Of a DNA stretch of 64,000 nt, positions 53,459 to 64,000 are shown one piece after another. The notes below the pieces were generated by a model. That model saw only the letters and a list, made by a program, of their open reading frames with translations, was not told where the DNA came from and did no database searches. The stretch's first letter is position 1. Each line of letters opens with the position of its first letter. This stretch comes from a virus. The stretch spans positions 89,494 to 153,493 of the IMG/VR virus record IMGVR_UViG_3300031541_000012. One strand, 5' to 3'. Both the position numbers and the translations under genes were made by a program.

Positions 53459-56400
53459 TCAAATACCTATTCCAGGACCATCAATTGAAATGTTGGTCTG
53501 GTCAATTGTTACAAAGTTTTGGTCAACAGTCCACCACGGTGTGTTTTGTGCCCAATAGACTTCGATGAGTTCTCGTAGTTCGTTTTGTAATGCCTGGATA
53601 GCTGATGCTGGCTCTTGCAGTGCCAACCACTGCGCATATAGGATATTGCTGTATAGATCAATTGTACCAAAGCGATCTTTAAGTGCTCCACCACCACTTG
53701 TGTATGCACCAAATGCTGTTGAATCTACTCCTTGCAGTTCAAAAGTCGTTGCACTCAAGTTGGAGACAATATACTTCTCACCACTGTTTTCAAAGTTGAG
53801 TTCAGTCATTCCCACAATGTCAGTCAATACAACCATGTCGCCATTTTGTAGTCCAGCGGTTGTGGTCAATGTAACGTTTGCTGGATTAGCATTTGTGATA
53901 CCTGTAATAGTGAGTGGGGTACCATTAATTGTTATGCTATTCGGCTGTACGTTTGCTGGATCCAACAAGCTTAGTCCTGGTGTATTCCAAGCTAGATCCA
54001 AGTCGTCACCGTTGTCAGGCAAGTTGTCTGGCTCTACTAGAGGCCACTCATACTCAATAACGTCAGCAAAGCTGTGGGCGCGAGCAAAGGTACCATTTGT
54101 ACCACGCGCCGTTACATTAAGCAATGTAACGCCGCCAAAGCCTTCGTTGAATCCGTTTGTAAATCCGCTACCAATGCCTGCATCATTTACGCTTGCTGTA
54201 CCGCTGTATTCCATGCGCTCACCGTTAATCCAAAACGCACCCGCGCTTGGTAGTGTGCCGTTACCTGAGTTGAGGTAAGGGATGATCAAGTTGCCTGGAC
54301 CAATATCAATACCAAGTAGAACTTTGTTCTTGTCAATAATTTGGCTTGAATTATTGACACCATTTGCGCCCACTGTTAGACGGAATGAACGTGTGTCAGC
54401 TTCATCAATAATATTATCATTTGGATTGGTTTGGATGCGTAGTTCGAAGCTATCATCTAGATCCAAGTTAACATCTTCATCAGCTAGCTTGCGCACAACA
54501 CTATCGCGCAATTTACTGCGGAATGGCTTGACTATGTTGACATAGTCAAAGAACTCATCAACGTTCTGATCAAAATAACGGCTGAACTGCTTCTCCAAGT
54601 TGTCCTCAGTGATCAATTTGAAGTAGCTGCTCTTAAAGATCCAGTCAACTTCCTGCTGCTCGCTGATAACATGCTTGGCCATGTAGAACCAAAGGTCTGC
54701 GTAGAGGCCGTAACGCTCTTCAGTCCAAATTCGGTAGTAGAAGCTGTTAAAGATTTCAACAACCACTGCACTTACACTATCGTCCCAAGAACTTGTATCC
54801 CAACCAACAACGTCCCATCCAGTGCCTGATGCCTCACTATTCCATAGCAATGTGTTGAATCGGATAGTTGCCTTTTCCTTGTAAACAATTGCCCACTCAC
54901 CATTCTCGTAACTCCAAACACTGCGGCGGTTACGTCCGTCACTATCTTTACTTGTTTCTACTTGTGCAATCTCTCCTTCCTGTGGATTGGGCAATGCAAA
55001 CAATTCTGCTTCAGTCTCTAGGAAATAGTCACCAACACCGCGCTCGAAAATAAATCCACTGCGTGACCAGTCGATGAAATTCCAGTATTCAGTAATGTCG
55101 TAAGATAGGTCACCAATGCTAAATGTACGCTCAAATTCTTCGCGCCACGGAATATCGCTATCAACTAGGTCAATAGTTTCTAGCTGAATATTGATTTTTT
55201 CTACTAATGTCTTACGCGCTGCAAACAGGTCAACAAACCAAGTCTGGTGTGGACGAGTTTCAATACCGTAACGCACAACTGGATGTAGGTTGCGGTCTGG
55301 GATAATTTGAGATGCTGACAGCCGCACAACGTCTGAATTTTCATAATCACCGTCTGGGTTCTCTTCAATTGCCTGTAGTCGTGTCCAGAAGTCATTATTA
55401 GTATCACCGTCTGGATTGATGTTGTCAGCTTCTGTGTGGCAACGGTAAAAGTTGCCAATTAATGACTTGACAACACGACCTGGTGAGTATATTGTAATGT
55501 CGTTCCAGACTGCAAACGGTTCGTCAGTATAGCCTTGAGTATAACCAGCCAAGCTGTCACGCAGGCTGATGTGTAGCCATTCTGGCATGATTAGCTGTGG
55601 ATCACCTTCTCCTAGGAGTGCAAACTCCTGGTGGTATTCACTTTGGTTAGCGTCAAAGTTAATCTGCATTACAAGGTCTTCAAAGCCACGTGCATCTGAC
55701 AAGCTGCTGATCAAAACAGTGTTGCCGCCTGTTGCTGCTAGCCAGTCAACTCGCTGTGATGCTGGATCCAAAATAATGTCCGTTAGCTGTAGAACGCTGT
55801 AGGTACGATCAATGTTTGGAGTAGTTGTCTTGTTGCGTACCCAGAAGTAAAAGTATGTTTCAAGCTGATTGGTATTTGTGTTGAGCTCAAGCTCTTCACA
55901 CCAGTTATACTGGATTTCACCAAACTGATCTTCAATACCGTATGGAATACCAGTCAACTCAGTACCATCAATAATAGTACCGCTCTGTACCGCAGTTGCA
56001 TATTCATCTGGTGTAACTGGGCTCTTGGTCCACTCGTAAATGTCAATAGTTGCTGTTGGGAATAGTGCCCCCCAATACTCTTGACGATACTCTGGCGTAT
56101 CTTGGTCATAGTTGAGATAGATAGCTGTGCTCAAGTCCCACCACACATTGCCAACTTGTGCTTGACCCCATGCGTTTTCTTCACGCAATTCCTGTTCCAA
56201 ATTGGTGCTTTGGTTGTAATATGCAAAGTCAACATCGCTGCGTAGATCAATCTCACGCTCTGCAATACCTGGAATGATGCCTTTAAGTGGATCATAGACT
56301 TCGTAACGAATAACTGTCTGTCCTGTCTTGTTGCTGTATAGGACACCATTTTTTATTGTGCTGTTATTGGTTTTACCGTTCTCAAAACGTACTAGGTTGA

Positions 56401-59400
56401 GGCCAACACCATTTGATGTTCGTTCAACTTGGTAAACAGCGCCAAATCCTTGACTTTCAAATGTTGTTTTGTCAAGGACTGTATCAGCATAAACATAAGA
56501 TCCTGTGCGTAGTCCTAGACTACCCTGAACGTAGTCTTCATCTGCCAATGCATCCTGCGCTACAAAGTTATTTGGGAATCGTACAGAACGAAGTGGGAAT
56601 ACTTTGCCTGTGAATCCTTTTTCTTCAATATAGCGATCAATAAAGAAGCCTTGCTCATCTTGAATGCTTGTAACTTGGTGAATACCATCCACACTTGGAA
56701 CACATGTGCTATTAACAATAAGAACATATTCACCAACACTTAGGGTGTGTGGTACGGTTGTAAAGATTAGAGCGTCGTCACCATTTTCACTACCTGCACA
56801 AATTTCAATTGCGCCAATTTGGAAGTCAATTGTCTGTAGTACGTCATAACGGTTGGTAGTTGAAACAGGACCTAGTGGATTGCTACCAATATTGTCAATT
56901 GTCCAGATGTTAAAGTTAGCTGGCTCTACTACAATGTCCCAATCATCTTCATTGAACACGTTGTCAACTGCTTCTGTCAAGCTTTCGTAGGTCCCAGCAA
57001 CAATACCCAAATCAGCGTTTGCAGTACCTTCACCAATTACCAACTGCTCGCCATTATAAGTTAGGAGCAATGCGCCTTCAACCTGGCTGGCTGTCAAGTT
57101 TTCGATGTTTGCAGCATTGATCTGTGTTACAACATCACCAATTGCTAGGTCAACAGGAACAGTGGTTGAGTTGCTGTTCGCCTGGAACGTACCTGGTGAG
57201 AAACCAAGGTCATTGTTTGCTGAGCCTGTACCAATTGCCAATGTCTCGTTAGTGCTTACAATGCGCATACGACGGTCTGTTGTTGATTGTGCAGTTACAC
57301 CAGTTAGGCGGGCGTTGTTTACTACCTGTACTGCTTCGTCCAGTGTTAGGTCGACTGGTCCGGTAATTGTATTACCTTGTGTTTCCACATCGTTGTCTGC
57401 CACTGTAAAGCCTAGATCGGTGTTTGTAGCAACTCCTAAACGATAACCACTTAGGTTGCTATTACGTGTGATAGTTACAATGTTGCCACTTGGGCTAGCT
57501 GTGATGGTGACTGGTGCACCTGAATTTGACAGTTGAGTGTTAATCTTGTTAACGATATCAATCAATCCGTCGGTAACGTAGTTGATTGGATTGCTAACTG
57601 GAACCAGTGTACCATTTGCAATTGCAGTGCTGCCGTTATTAACAACAAATGTACGGAAGTCTCGCAGGTTCTCGTTATCATTGTTAGCAGTAACCAAAGG
57701 ATCAAGCAAGTTGTTTGCGTTGTCACGGTCAGTAGCAAACTGAACAGGATCGTTGTATACGCCTGAGATCATAGTTAGCACTGTTTCAGTTGCTGGGCTG
57801 CCGCTCAATTCGGCAATTAGATCAAGGTCTAGTTGGATCAATATCTCTGCTTGTGGACGCCATACCGCTGCTGGCTGTGCATTAATTTGGTTGCCCCAGT
57901 AAACTGAGTTGAGGTAAAGGTTAGGTGTTGTAGTGCTATCATAGTAGTTGCCCATCGCAACCTGCCATGCTGCAACGCTCTCAGCTGATACGTATGCAAG
58001 ACGTAGATTTTCAAGAGCAGTAATACGTGACGCGGTCAGTGTACTTGGAGTCGCTGCGCCTGCTGTTGTTAGTGCATTAACCCAAATAGTCTGCATTATT
58101 AGGTTTGGATCAAGCTCTTCAAATGGCACACTAACCACAGTGAGCGGTGTAGGCGATGGTGTGTTTGCATATCCAATATCAACTGTTACGCCAGGGCCGT
58201 TTTGTATTGTTGGGTTACTTACATCACCCTCCAAAACAATATCACTAAATGTAGTCACAGTTTCGTTCTTGATAAAGTCAATGTTAATACCATCAAGAAC
58301 AAGTGTATCACCACTTGGCACTGTTGGTTCGGTAACTGTGCCATCTACATTGATTTGGTCGAATGTTACGTTTTGGTCAAACTTGGTAAATGTAACTGTG
58401 GTGTCATTTGCAATAAATGTTAGCTGGTTCGCAACAGTCGGGAAAACCTGTGTACCACGGATAACAACGTCATCACGCACACCAGTCAAACCAGTTGATT
58501 CAACTCGTAGTCTGTATACCTTACCATCCAAACGAACACGCTCGCCCTGCACATATGCAGTGGTGTTGGTCCAATTTGGAATCAATGCGTATTCCTGTGT
58601 TGGGTCATAAATGTCACCAATATCGTCAATTGAGCCTAGGAAGTTATCAATTTCAGTTACAAGAGGTAGACCAGCATCACGTGTAAACTCCTGGTAGTCC
58701 TTGAGGTTCTCAATGCTGGTGTTGTCTATCGGCAACACATCATAAACGTCAAAAGGTACTTCATAGTTGCCACTAATAGCATCTTCACTACCTTCGCTGA
58801 TATCAATAATAAGATCTTCTAGCTTATCACTCACAAATTGTTTATTGAGGCGGTAGTGCTGCGGATCTGTTTTAATCTTGTCAGGGTTTACTGCAAACTG
58901 GATTGGGCGGCTCTCGCTAACGTCGCCGTATTCTCCTAGGCGTACCATCCATTCTTCGTAAAGCTGATGTTCAAACTCTTCACCAAAAATGTTTTTGTTA
59001 CGAGTCATTGCTTCAATTGCAAGCTCAGTACCTTGGTAATTGCGCTCGCCTTTCTCAAAGCGGTATGCACTCTTGTCACCAATAAAGGTGTTTGTCATGT
59101 ATGTTGGTTTGCTGTAGCCAACATTGAAGCCAATTGTTTGACGTGTTAGTCGCTCAAGCGCTTTGCTCTCTGCTGTGACCCATTCTGTTTCCAGTTCACG
59201 AACACTGCTTTCAAAGTTAAGGATGAGACCAGTGTCTTCAACCAAGTAACCTGGTGCCTCGATACGTCCGTTCCAGTTACGTGTTCTCTCACCTACTAGG
59301 CGCACACGATTTTGGCCAATGCCAATCTCTGGTTGGTAAATTGGATCATTAAATGTTGTAATGTTGTCAAGTGTAATGATGTGTTCAAACTCAACAACAC

Positions 59401-62400
59401 GGACACCAACACCAAATAGGCGGTCCTCAGTGCTCTTGAGTCCGATTTCTGTCTGTGTTTCGTCACGCAATACTAGCAGCTCATTACGGCGAATGTTCTT
59501 AAATGCTTCATCTAGAACATTTGGAACGCCATCATAGTTGACGTCAATAGTTTGCAATGTGCCGCGTGAGCCTTGTTGATAAGTAAGCGTACCGTCAATT
59601 CCGTTTACGTAGAAGGGATCAGTTTGTGATCTGTCTAGTGACCACTCAATTGCTTGACGGGCCTCTACCTCCCATTGTGCAGTGGCGTCAAAGCCTACAC
59701 TGTCATAATACTGTCCAAGTCCTAGTAGGAATTGGTAGAGATCTTGACGCTTGACAAATACACTACGGTATGGTAGACGTGAAACTTCATTGCGCCAGTT
59801 CTTGTAACGTATTACTTCAACACCACCAACTGTGACACCAATTTGCTGACCCGCGGTGCTTGGCTTGAGATAGTTGAAAAACTTGCTGTCTAAGTTGTAG
59901 CCATCAACACGGTAGCCTTCGCCCTCTAGCTTTTCAATCTTTACACCGCTGTAAAATGCTGTCTTGATTGGAGCATTACGGTCTATCTTGATATCGTAGC
60001 TGCTTTCAGGTACACGAATGAGACCACTTGCAAAATCACCGTCAATCTCAACTGCGATGATACGCTTGTCAGTGTAACCACCAACATGCAACATGTAGGA
60101 AAGATCAAGATCAGCAATTGTGGTTGCTAGTTCATTTGTGTATCTGGTATTAACACGGAACTCTTCAGCTGGCAAGCTGTTGAAGCCCAAATGTGTAACC
60201 ACAAAATTAAAGTCAATGCGATATTCAAATTCGTCGCCACTTGCACCAAGTGGCCCAATAACAGTAGCAACAGGATCGCTATTAAAGCCGCGTCCTGGAT
60301 CGTCGATTGATACTCGTACAATGTTACCAGTATTTGTCCATGCAGTTGCAAGCAGGTCACTGTAGCAATCAAGTCCAGCTACAAAATCTAGCTCTGCAAA
60401 TGTGTAACCTGTACCGCCATCCAATACGATGATTTCACTAATAATACCATCAGTAATCAACTCATTGTGTATTTCTTCGATATGTGTACGGAAGCAAGTG
60501 TCAGGATCAATCCACTGTTCTTGTGTAACGTTTTGGCGGATCTCCCAGCGATCTAACATCCAAAATAGTTCGTGTGTGCGGTATGGCTTGAGTTGTAGAT
60601 ATACTTCAGCAAGCGCAAACAGATAGTCACTGCTCTTGCGCCATACATTTTCAATCTCGCTCCAATCGCCAAACACAAATGGATGTGCAGCATCAACACT
60701 TGATGGTGCTGTTACAACGCCTGCGGTTACTGGTGGATTGAGTGTGGCTGTGCCGTCATCAGTAACTAGGGTATCAGTATCCCAGTCAAAGTTTGGACGA
60801 GCATAGCGGATGTCAATATAGTTGGCTGTAGTTGCGTTGCCTGTGATTCCGTACTTGAGTGCATTTAACAATGCAACGCGCAATGGACCTGCGGTCCAGC
60901 TATATGTTACATCCCACCAAGTTGGCTTAACGTGATGACCTAGCATCTCCCAAGGATGGGTGTGTGGGCGATCAGTACCAAACTCATAAACGTATAGGCT
61001 GCGCCAGCTACCTAGCATTGGTCCAACTGTGTTATAATTCCAAGTGAACTGGTCGCCGGCGTCGTAATCAACGTCGTCAATTTCAGTAACGCCGTTACGG
61101 ATTGTCCAACGATTATACCAGTCATCTAGGCGGACAGTGAGGTCATCTACGTCATACGCAAACTCACCAACTGGGTTAGGATATAGTTCGCGCATATCAT
61201 TCTTGAGTGTGTCACCTACGAAATGCTTGTCTACAAGGTTGTTGAAAACACGCAATTCGTAATCATATAGTGCTGCACCCACAACGTCAAAGCCTACACT
61301 GTCAAGATCGAGTATATCTGTGCCTGTTAATGTATAACGACTACCGTCATGACCAATCAACTCACCGTCAACAATTTCAACTTGAGTTGGTTTAAAGAAC
61401 CCCAGTTTAACTGCACTGAATGGAATGTTGCTAATTTGCTTATAGTCAAACCAACGCAAGATGAGGGCAGATCCAGCATCATCCCCAACTACAACATTGT
61501 TCGGACCATCAATAACATTATCCAAACCATCAATAACGTTAATTATACCTGGTTGCAATGGGTTGGTTAAAATAATGTTTGGACCTTCAATTGTATAATC
61601 AATTCCGTTAACAAGTGGTGTTTGGATTATTTTGTCTCTAGTAGTATCAAATTGTTGAGCCCAAACCTGTAAATGATTTTGTGTGTCACCATATTGACTA
61701 ACAGTCTGTGGTAATTCAAATACAGTCTGTAAAACTTCTTCAACAAAATAAACAGTAGTACGTCCTTGCTTAAAGTAAGCCATATCACTATGTGCATACT
61801 TGAACTCTTCGTTTTTACCAATATTGATTTCACTTAGGGCTTGGTCTACAAGCTCACGAACACTGCTCCAACCCTGTGTTCTCCATAGCTGTTCAACTTT
61901 GTTGATGAAGAACTGCTTGAAGTCTGCATAGTCTTTGTTGAAGCTCTTGAGTGCACGGATTGGGTTAATAGCTTCTTGATCCAGCAAATATTGAACATTC
62001 TTGGTCTGGAAAATCTGCTGACGAATCAATCCATCATATGTGTGTAGATGACGGATACGGTGGTAGTTGTTGACCCCTGTAACTTCACCCTCAAAGCCTG
62101 GAAGTGCAACCAGCTGGCGTGTGAAGTGGTTGGTAAGGTCATCATATCCAACTACGGTAAACGGATTGTTGTCGCTGTTATAGAAGTGAACAGGAGCAAC
62201 ATCGTAAACGACATTCTCTAGATCAGCATCTGCAATGTACTGCAACTCAAATACGTCATTGTTTTGTGCAGGCGCAGTAATAGTAACAGTTGAGCCCACC
62301 ACAGTGTAATCAACACCGTCACGTAGGTACTGTCCGTTTTGCTGAATGCTATAACGCTCTTGGTTGATATCAGTTAGGAAGATCTCACCAAATACAGTTG

Positions 62401-64000
62401 GGTCACTTGCTTTGCGGTAGTTGACTTTGTCAAATTCATATGCGCTTGCGACTTGCAATGTCACAAGAGTATCACTCACTTGTGTCGCTGTAATATTTGC
62501 AGTACCGCCAAGTGGATCTACAAACTCTAGCTTATCAGCTGGTACACTGATAAGGTCATTAATTGTGTATTCTGTATCGTATTTCCAAATGAACTCTGGG
62601 TTAGCGTATCCAACTGGTGTGCGGTCAATATAGTTGTTTTCAAACCAACGATACTCGCCATTCTCTAGGCTAACTGTGTATTCAGTAGCGTAGCCTGTTG
62701 CAGTGCTACCCAATTCAAATGTAACTGGGTTAACGCCGTCTGCAATCTGTGTTTGGATAATAGGCACACGTTGTCCACCACGAATATTGCTCCAGCCATT
62801 GTAGTAATCAAGAGTTACACAATCCTGCCAGTAGTAGAATCCGCGAATTTCTTCACGGCTGCTTACTGTTACGTTTTCACTGTAACGATTGTTGCCTAGT
62901 GTCCATTCAAATTCGTAGTTTGCAAAGCTGCCTTGGTCTGTAAAGCTAGGCTTGAATCCAAGTTCACGGTCAAATGCACCTGTTGGGGTTTCCTTGTAGC
63001 CAAAGATCTTGTCACCCTGGAAGTTATTTTCTGGGAAGTCTTCTAGAGCTACTAAGTTTTCGTCATACAATTGGAATAGCGGTGCAGTGCCGCGTGTTTC
63101 TTTTGTTTGGCTTTGTGTCCATAGCTCGCCATCAAAGCAGAAGATCTGACCTTTTTGCGAGCCACGACCAACGATAACGTAGTCGTCTGGTTCAAACACA
63201 ATTGGGTTACCAGGATTGTCTGGGTCCTCAACTGGTTCCAAACCAAATACGCCACCGTCATCAATAACAGTATATGCACCGTTTGCAAAATCAAGTTGTG
63301 CGCCTAAGCTATATGCTTGGCTAAATGCACTGTTAAATGCACCTGCTGCGTTTGGGCCTGCTAGGAAGTCGCGGCCGTAATCTTCGTTATAGTCGACAAT
63401 CTCAATACCACCTGGCTCGTCTGATGCAACCAAAATAGTGTCACCAACTTGGATAGCGTTATCTGGGTCAACAAAAAACTCGCTAACACCACTGAGCAAT
63501 TCAGTTACTTGTTCAATGCTGAGTTCAAATGTAACGCCAGCACGAAGGTTTTTGCAGTGGTTGAACAATTCCATGTTAGCATTAAACTCAAGGATTGGTC
63601 TGTTTGCACGGGTACGAGTGTTTAGGTATGCCTCAAGTTCAAGGCTGTTAAATTCTGTCGCAATGCGCAATGCATGAATTGAGAACCAACGGTTGGTACG
63701 TGCCCAAGCATTTTTGTCGCTTGCCCAACGCTCCATAACAATGTAGCTCTTGTTGAGGTTTAGGTCGTCACGGCTTGCAGTTGTGGCAACGTCATAATCT
63801 GGGAATGGCGCGGTGCCGTCAAATGCTGTTGTGTCCCAAGGAACAGTATCCCATCCCTCACGTGGCTCGACGTAGTATGGTGTTGTTCTAGGAAATAGGT
63901 CAGCGCCCGCTGCATTGCGGATCTCTACTAGACGAATGCCACCAAAGCCACCTACGTTCTCAACATAGTATTCGCTGTCAGGGAAATATTCGCCACTTGT
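53459..64000 (-). CDS. giant virion structural protein (baseplate wedge/tail-type), 5'-truncated by window
   Basis: ORF track gives 3425 aa from ATG 63736. The same frame stays open for another 88 codons to the window edge, so the protein is >3513 aa. Contains C-terminal E1-FCCH-like module; structural gene context. Confidence 0.8.
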   Translation of the reverse strand, partial: TSGEYFPDSEYYVENVGGFGGIRLVEIRNAAGADLFPRTTPYYVEPREGWDTVPWDTTAFDGTAPFPDYDVATTASRDDLNLNKSYIVMERWASDKNAWARTNRWFSIHALRIATEFNSLELEAYLNTRTRANRPILEFNANMELFNHCKNLRAGVTFELSIEQVTELLSGVSEFFVDPDNAIQVGDTILVASDEPGGIEIVDYNEDYGRDFLAGPNAAGAFNSAFSQAYSLGAQLDFANGAYTVIDDGGVFGLEPVEDPDNPGNPIVFEPDDYVIVGRGSQKGQIFCFDGELWTQSQTKETRGTAPLFQLYDENLVALEDFPENNFQGDKIFGYKETPTGAFDRELGFKPSFTDQGSFANYEFEWTLGNNRYSENVTVSSREEIRGFYYWQDCVTLDYYNGWSNIRGGQRVPIIQTQIADGVNPVTFELGSTATGYATEYTVSLENGEYRWFENNYIDRTPVGYANPEFIWKYDTEYTINDLISVPADKLEFVDPLGGTANITATQVSDTLVTLQVASAYEFDKVNYRKASDPTVFGEIFLTDINQERYSIQQNGQYLRDGVDYTVVGSTVTITAPAQNNDVFELQYIADADLENVVYDVAPVHFYNSDNNPFTVVGYDDLTNHFTRQLVALPGFEGEVTGVNNYHRIRHLHTYDGLIRQQIFQTKNVQYLLDQEAINPIRALKSFNKDYADFKQFFINKVEQLWRTQGWSSVRELVDQALSEINIGKNEEFKYAHSDMAYFKQGRTTVYFVEEVLQTVFELPQTVSQYGDTQNHLQVWAQQFDTTRDKIIQTPLVNGIDYTIEGPNIILTNPLQPGIINVIDGLDNVIDGPNNVVVGDDAGSALILRWFDYKQISNIPFSAVKLGFFKPTQVEIVDGELIGHDGSRYTLTGTDILDLDSVGFDVVGAALYDYELRVFNNLVDKHFVGDTLKNDMRELYPNPVGEFAYDVDDLTVRLDDWYNRWTIRNGVTEIDDVDYDAGDQFTWNYNTVGPMLGSWRSLYVYEFGTDRPHTHPWEMLGHHVKPTWWDVTYSWTAGPLRVALLNALKYGITGNATTANYIDIRYARPNFDWDTDTLVTDDGTATLNPPVTAGVVTAPSSVDAAHPFVFGDWSEIENVWRKSSDYLFALAEVYLQLKPYRTHELFWMLDRWEIRQNVTQEQWIDPDTCFRTHIEEIHNELITDGIISEIIVLDGGTGYTFAELDFVAGLDCYSDLLATAWTNTGNIVRVSIDDPGRGFNSDPVATVIGPLGASGDEFEYRIDFNFVVTHLGFNSLPAEEFRVNTRYTNELATTIADLDLSYMLHVGGYTDKRIIAVEIDGDFASGLIRVPESSYDIKIDRNAPIKTAFYSGVKIEKLEGEGYRVDGYNLDSKFFNYLKPSTAGQQIGVTVGGVEVIRYKNWRNEVSRLPYRSVFVKRQDLYQFLLGLGQYYDSVGFDATAQWEVEARQAIEWSLDRSQTDPFYVNGIDGTLTYQQGSRGTLQTIDVNYDGVPNVLDEAFKNIRRNELLVLRDETQTEIGLKSTEDRLFGVGVRVVEFEHIITLDNITTFNDPIYQPEIGIGQNRVRLVGERTRNWNGRIEAPGYLVEDTGLILNFESSVRELETEWVTAESKALERLTRQTIGFNVGYSKPTYMTNTFIGDKSAYRFEKGERNYQGTELAIEAMTRNKNIFGEEFEHQLYEEWMVRLGEYGDVSESRPIQFAVNPDKIKTDPQHYRLNKQFVSDKLEDLIIDISEGSEDAISGNYEVPFDVYDVLPIDNTSIENLKDYQEFTRDAGLPLVTEIDNFLGSIDDIGDIYDPTQEYALIPNWTNTTAYVQGERVRLDGKVYRLRVESTGLTGVRDDVVIRGTQVFPTVANQLTFIANDTTVTFTKFDQNVTFDQINVDGTVTEPTVPSGDTLVLDGINIDFIKNETVTTFSDIVLEGDVSNPTIQNGPGVTVDIGYANTPSPTPLTVVSVPFEELDPNLIMQTIWVNALTTAGAATPSTLTASRITALENLRLAYVSAESVAAWQVAMGNYYDSTTTPNLYLNSVYWGNQINAQPAAVWRPQAEILIQLDLDLIAELSGSPATETVLTMISGVYNDPVQFATDRDNANNLLDPLVTANNDNENLRDFRTFVVNNGSTAIANGTLVPVSNPINYVTDGLIDIVNKINTQLSNSGAPVTITASPSGNIVTITRNSNLSGYRLGVATNTDLGFTVADNDVETQGNTITGPVDLTLDEAVQVVNNARLTGVTAQSTTDRRMRIVSTNETLAIGTGSANNDLGFSPGTFQANSNSTTVPVDLAIGDVVTQINAANIENLTASQVEGALLLTYNGEQLVIGEGTANADLGIVAGTYESLTEAVDNVFNEDDWDIVVEPANFNIWTIDNIGSNPLGPVSTTNRYDVLQTIDFQIGAIEICAGSENGDDALIFTTVPHTLSVGEYVLIVNSTCVPSVDGIHQVTSIQDEQGFFIDRYIEEKGFTGKVFPLRSVRFPNNFVAQDALADEDYVQGSLGLRTGSYVYADTVLDKTTFESQGFGAVYQVERTSNGVGLNLVRFENGKTNNSTIKNGVLYSNKTGQTVIRYEVYDPLKGIIPGIAEREIDLRSDVDFAYYNQSTNLEQELREENAWGQAQVGNVWWDLSTAIYLNYDQDTPEYRQEYWGALFPTATIDIYEWTKSPVTPDEYATAVQSGTIIDGTELTGIPYGIEDQFGEIQYNWCEELELNTNTNQLETYFYFWVRNKTTTPNIDRTYSVLQLTDIILDPASQRVDWLAATGGNTVLISSLSDARGFEDLVMQINFDANQSEYHQEFALLGEGDPQLIMPEWLHISLRDSLAGYTQGYTDEPFAVWNDITIYSPGRVVKSLIGNFYRCHTEADNINPDGDTNNDFWTRLQAIEENPDGDYENSDVVRLSASQIIPDRNLHPVVRYGIETRPHQTWFVDLFAARKTLVEKINIQLETIDLVDSDIPWREEFERTFSIGDLSYDITEYWNFIDWSRSGFIFERGVGDYFLETEAELFALPNPQEGEIAQVETSKDSDGRNRRSVWSYENGEWAIVYKEKATIRFNTLLWNSEASGTGWDVVGWDTSSWDDSVSAVVVEIFNSFYYRIWTEERYGLYADLWFYMAKHVISEQQEVDWIFKSSYFKLITEDNLEKQFSRYFDQNVDEFFDYVNIVKPFRSKLRDSVVRKLADEDVNLDLDDSFELRIQTNPNDNIIDEADTRSFRLTVGANGVNNSSQIIDKNKVLLGIDIGPGNLIIPYLNSGNGTLPSAGAFWINGERMEYSGTASVNDAGIGSGFTNGFNEGFGGVTLLNVTARGTNGTFARAHSFADVIEYEWPLVEPDNLPDNGDDLDLAWNTPGLSLLDPANVQPNSITINGTPLTITGITNANPANVTLTTTAGLQNGDMVVLTDIVGMTELNFENSGEKYIVSNLSATTFELQGVDSTAFGAYTSGGGALKDRFGTIDLYSNILYAQWLALQEPASAIQALQNELRELIEVYWAQNTPWWTVDQNFVTIDQTNISIDGPGIGI

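Noticed and set aside
1-64000. tRNA, rRNA or CRISPR arrays
   Set aside because: Intergenic gaps are mostly under about 100 nt, and I saw no cloverleaf or regularly spaced direct repeats.

Overview
This is a 64 kb segment of a large T4-related ('jumbo') myophage genome. It is very densely coded, has no tRNA, rRNA or CRISPR that I can support, and uses the standard genetic code. There are three blocks. (1) 1-9.26 kb, + strand: small conserved hypotheticals, a DUF2201-type metallopeptidase/VWA protein, dihydrofolate reductase, thymidylate synthase, a truncated major-capsid (gp23)-like paralogue, two fatty-acid desaturases (one frameshifted), a methyltransferase and a glycosyltransferase. (2) 9.25-44.2 kb, almost all - strand: a translationally coupled ~35 kb cluster of tailoring enzymes. 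It holds 15 radical SAM proteins (10 with an N-terminal twitch-type Cys module, 5 with a C-terminal one), about 5 glycosyltransferase-like proteins, an O-carbamoyltransferase, an Stf0-like sulfotransferase, a methyltransferase, a kinase-like protein, 3-4 2OG-Fe(II)/AspH-type oxygenases, 2 SDR-like and 2 GDS(L)/SGNH-like proteins. (3) 44.3-64 kb, - strand: virion structural genes, including modular tail-fibre-like paralogues and a >3500 aa baseplate/tail protein that runs off the window. The most interesting signal is block 2. It lies directly downstream of, and co-oriented with, the tail genes and is partly preceded by T4-late-type TAAATA motifs. My inference is a phage-encoded pathway that builds and tailors a glycan or other modification on virion proteins; DNA or host-envelope modification are the alternatives. 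All family assignments come from motif recognition by eye, not from database searches.
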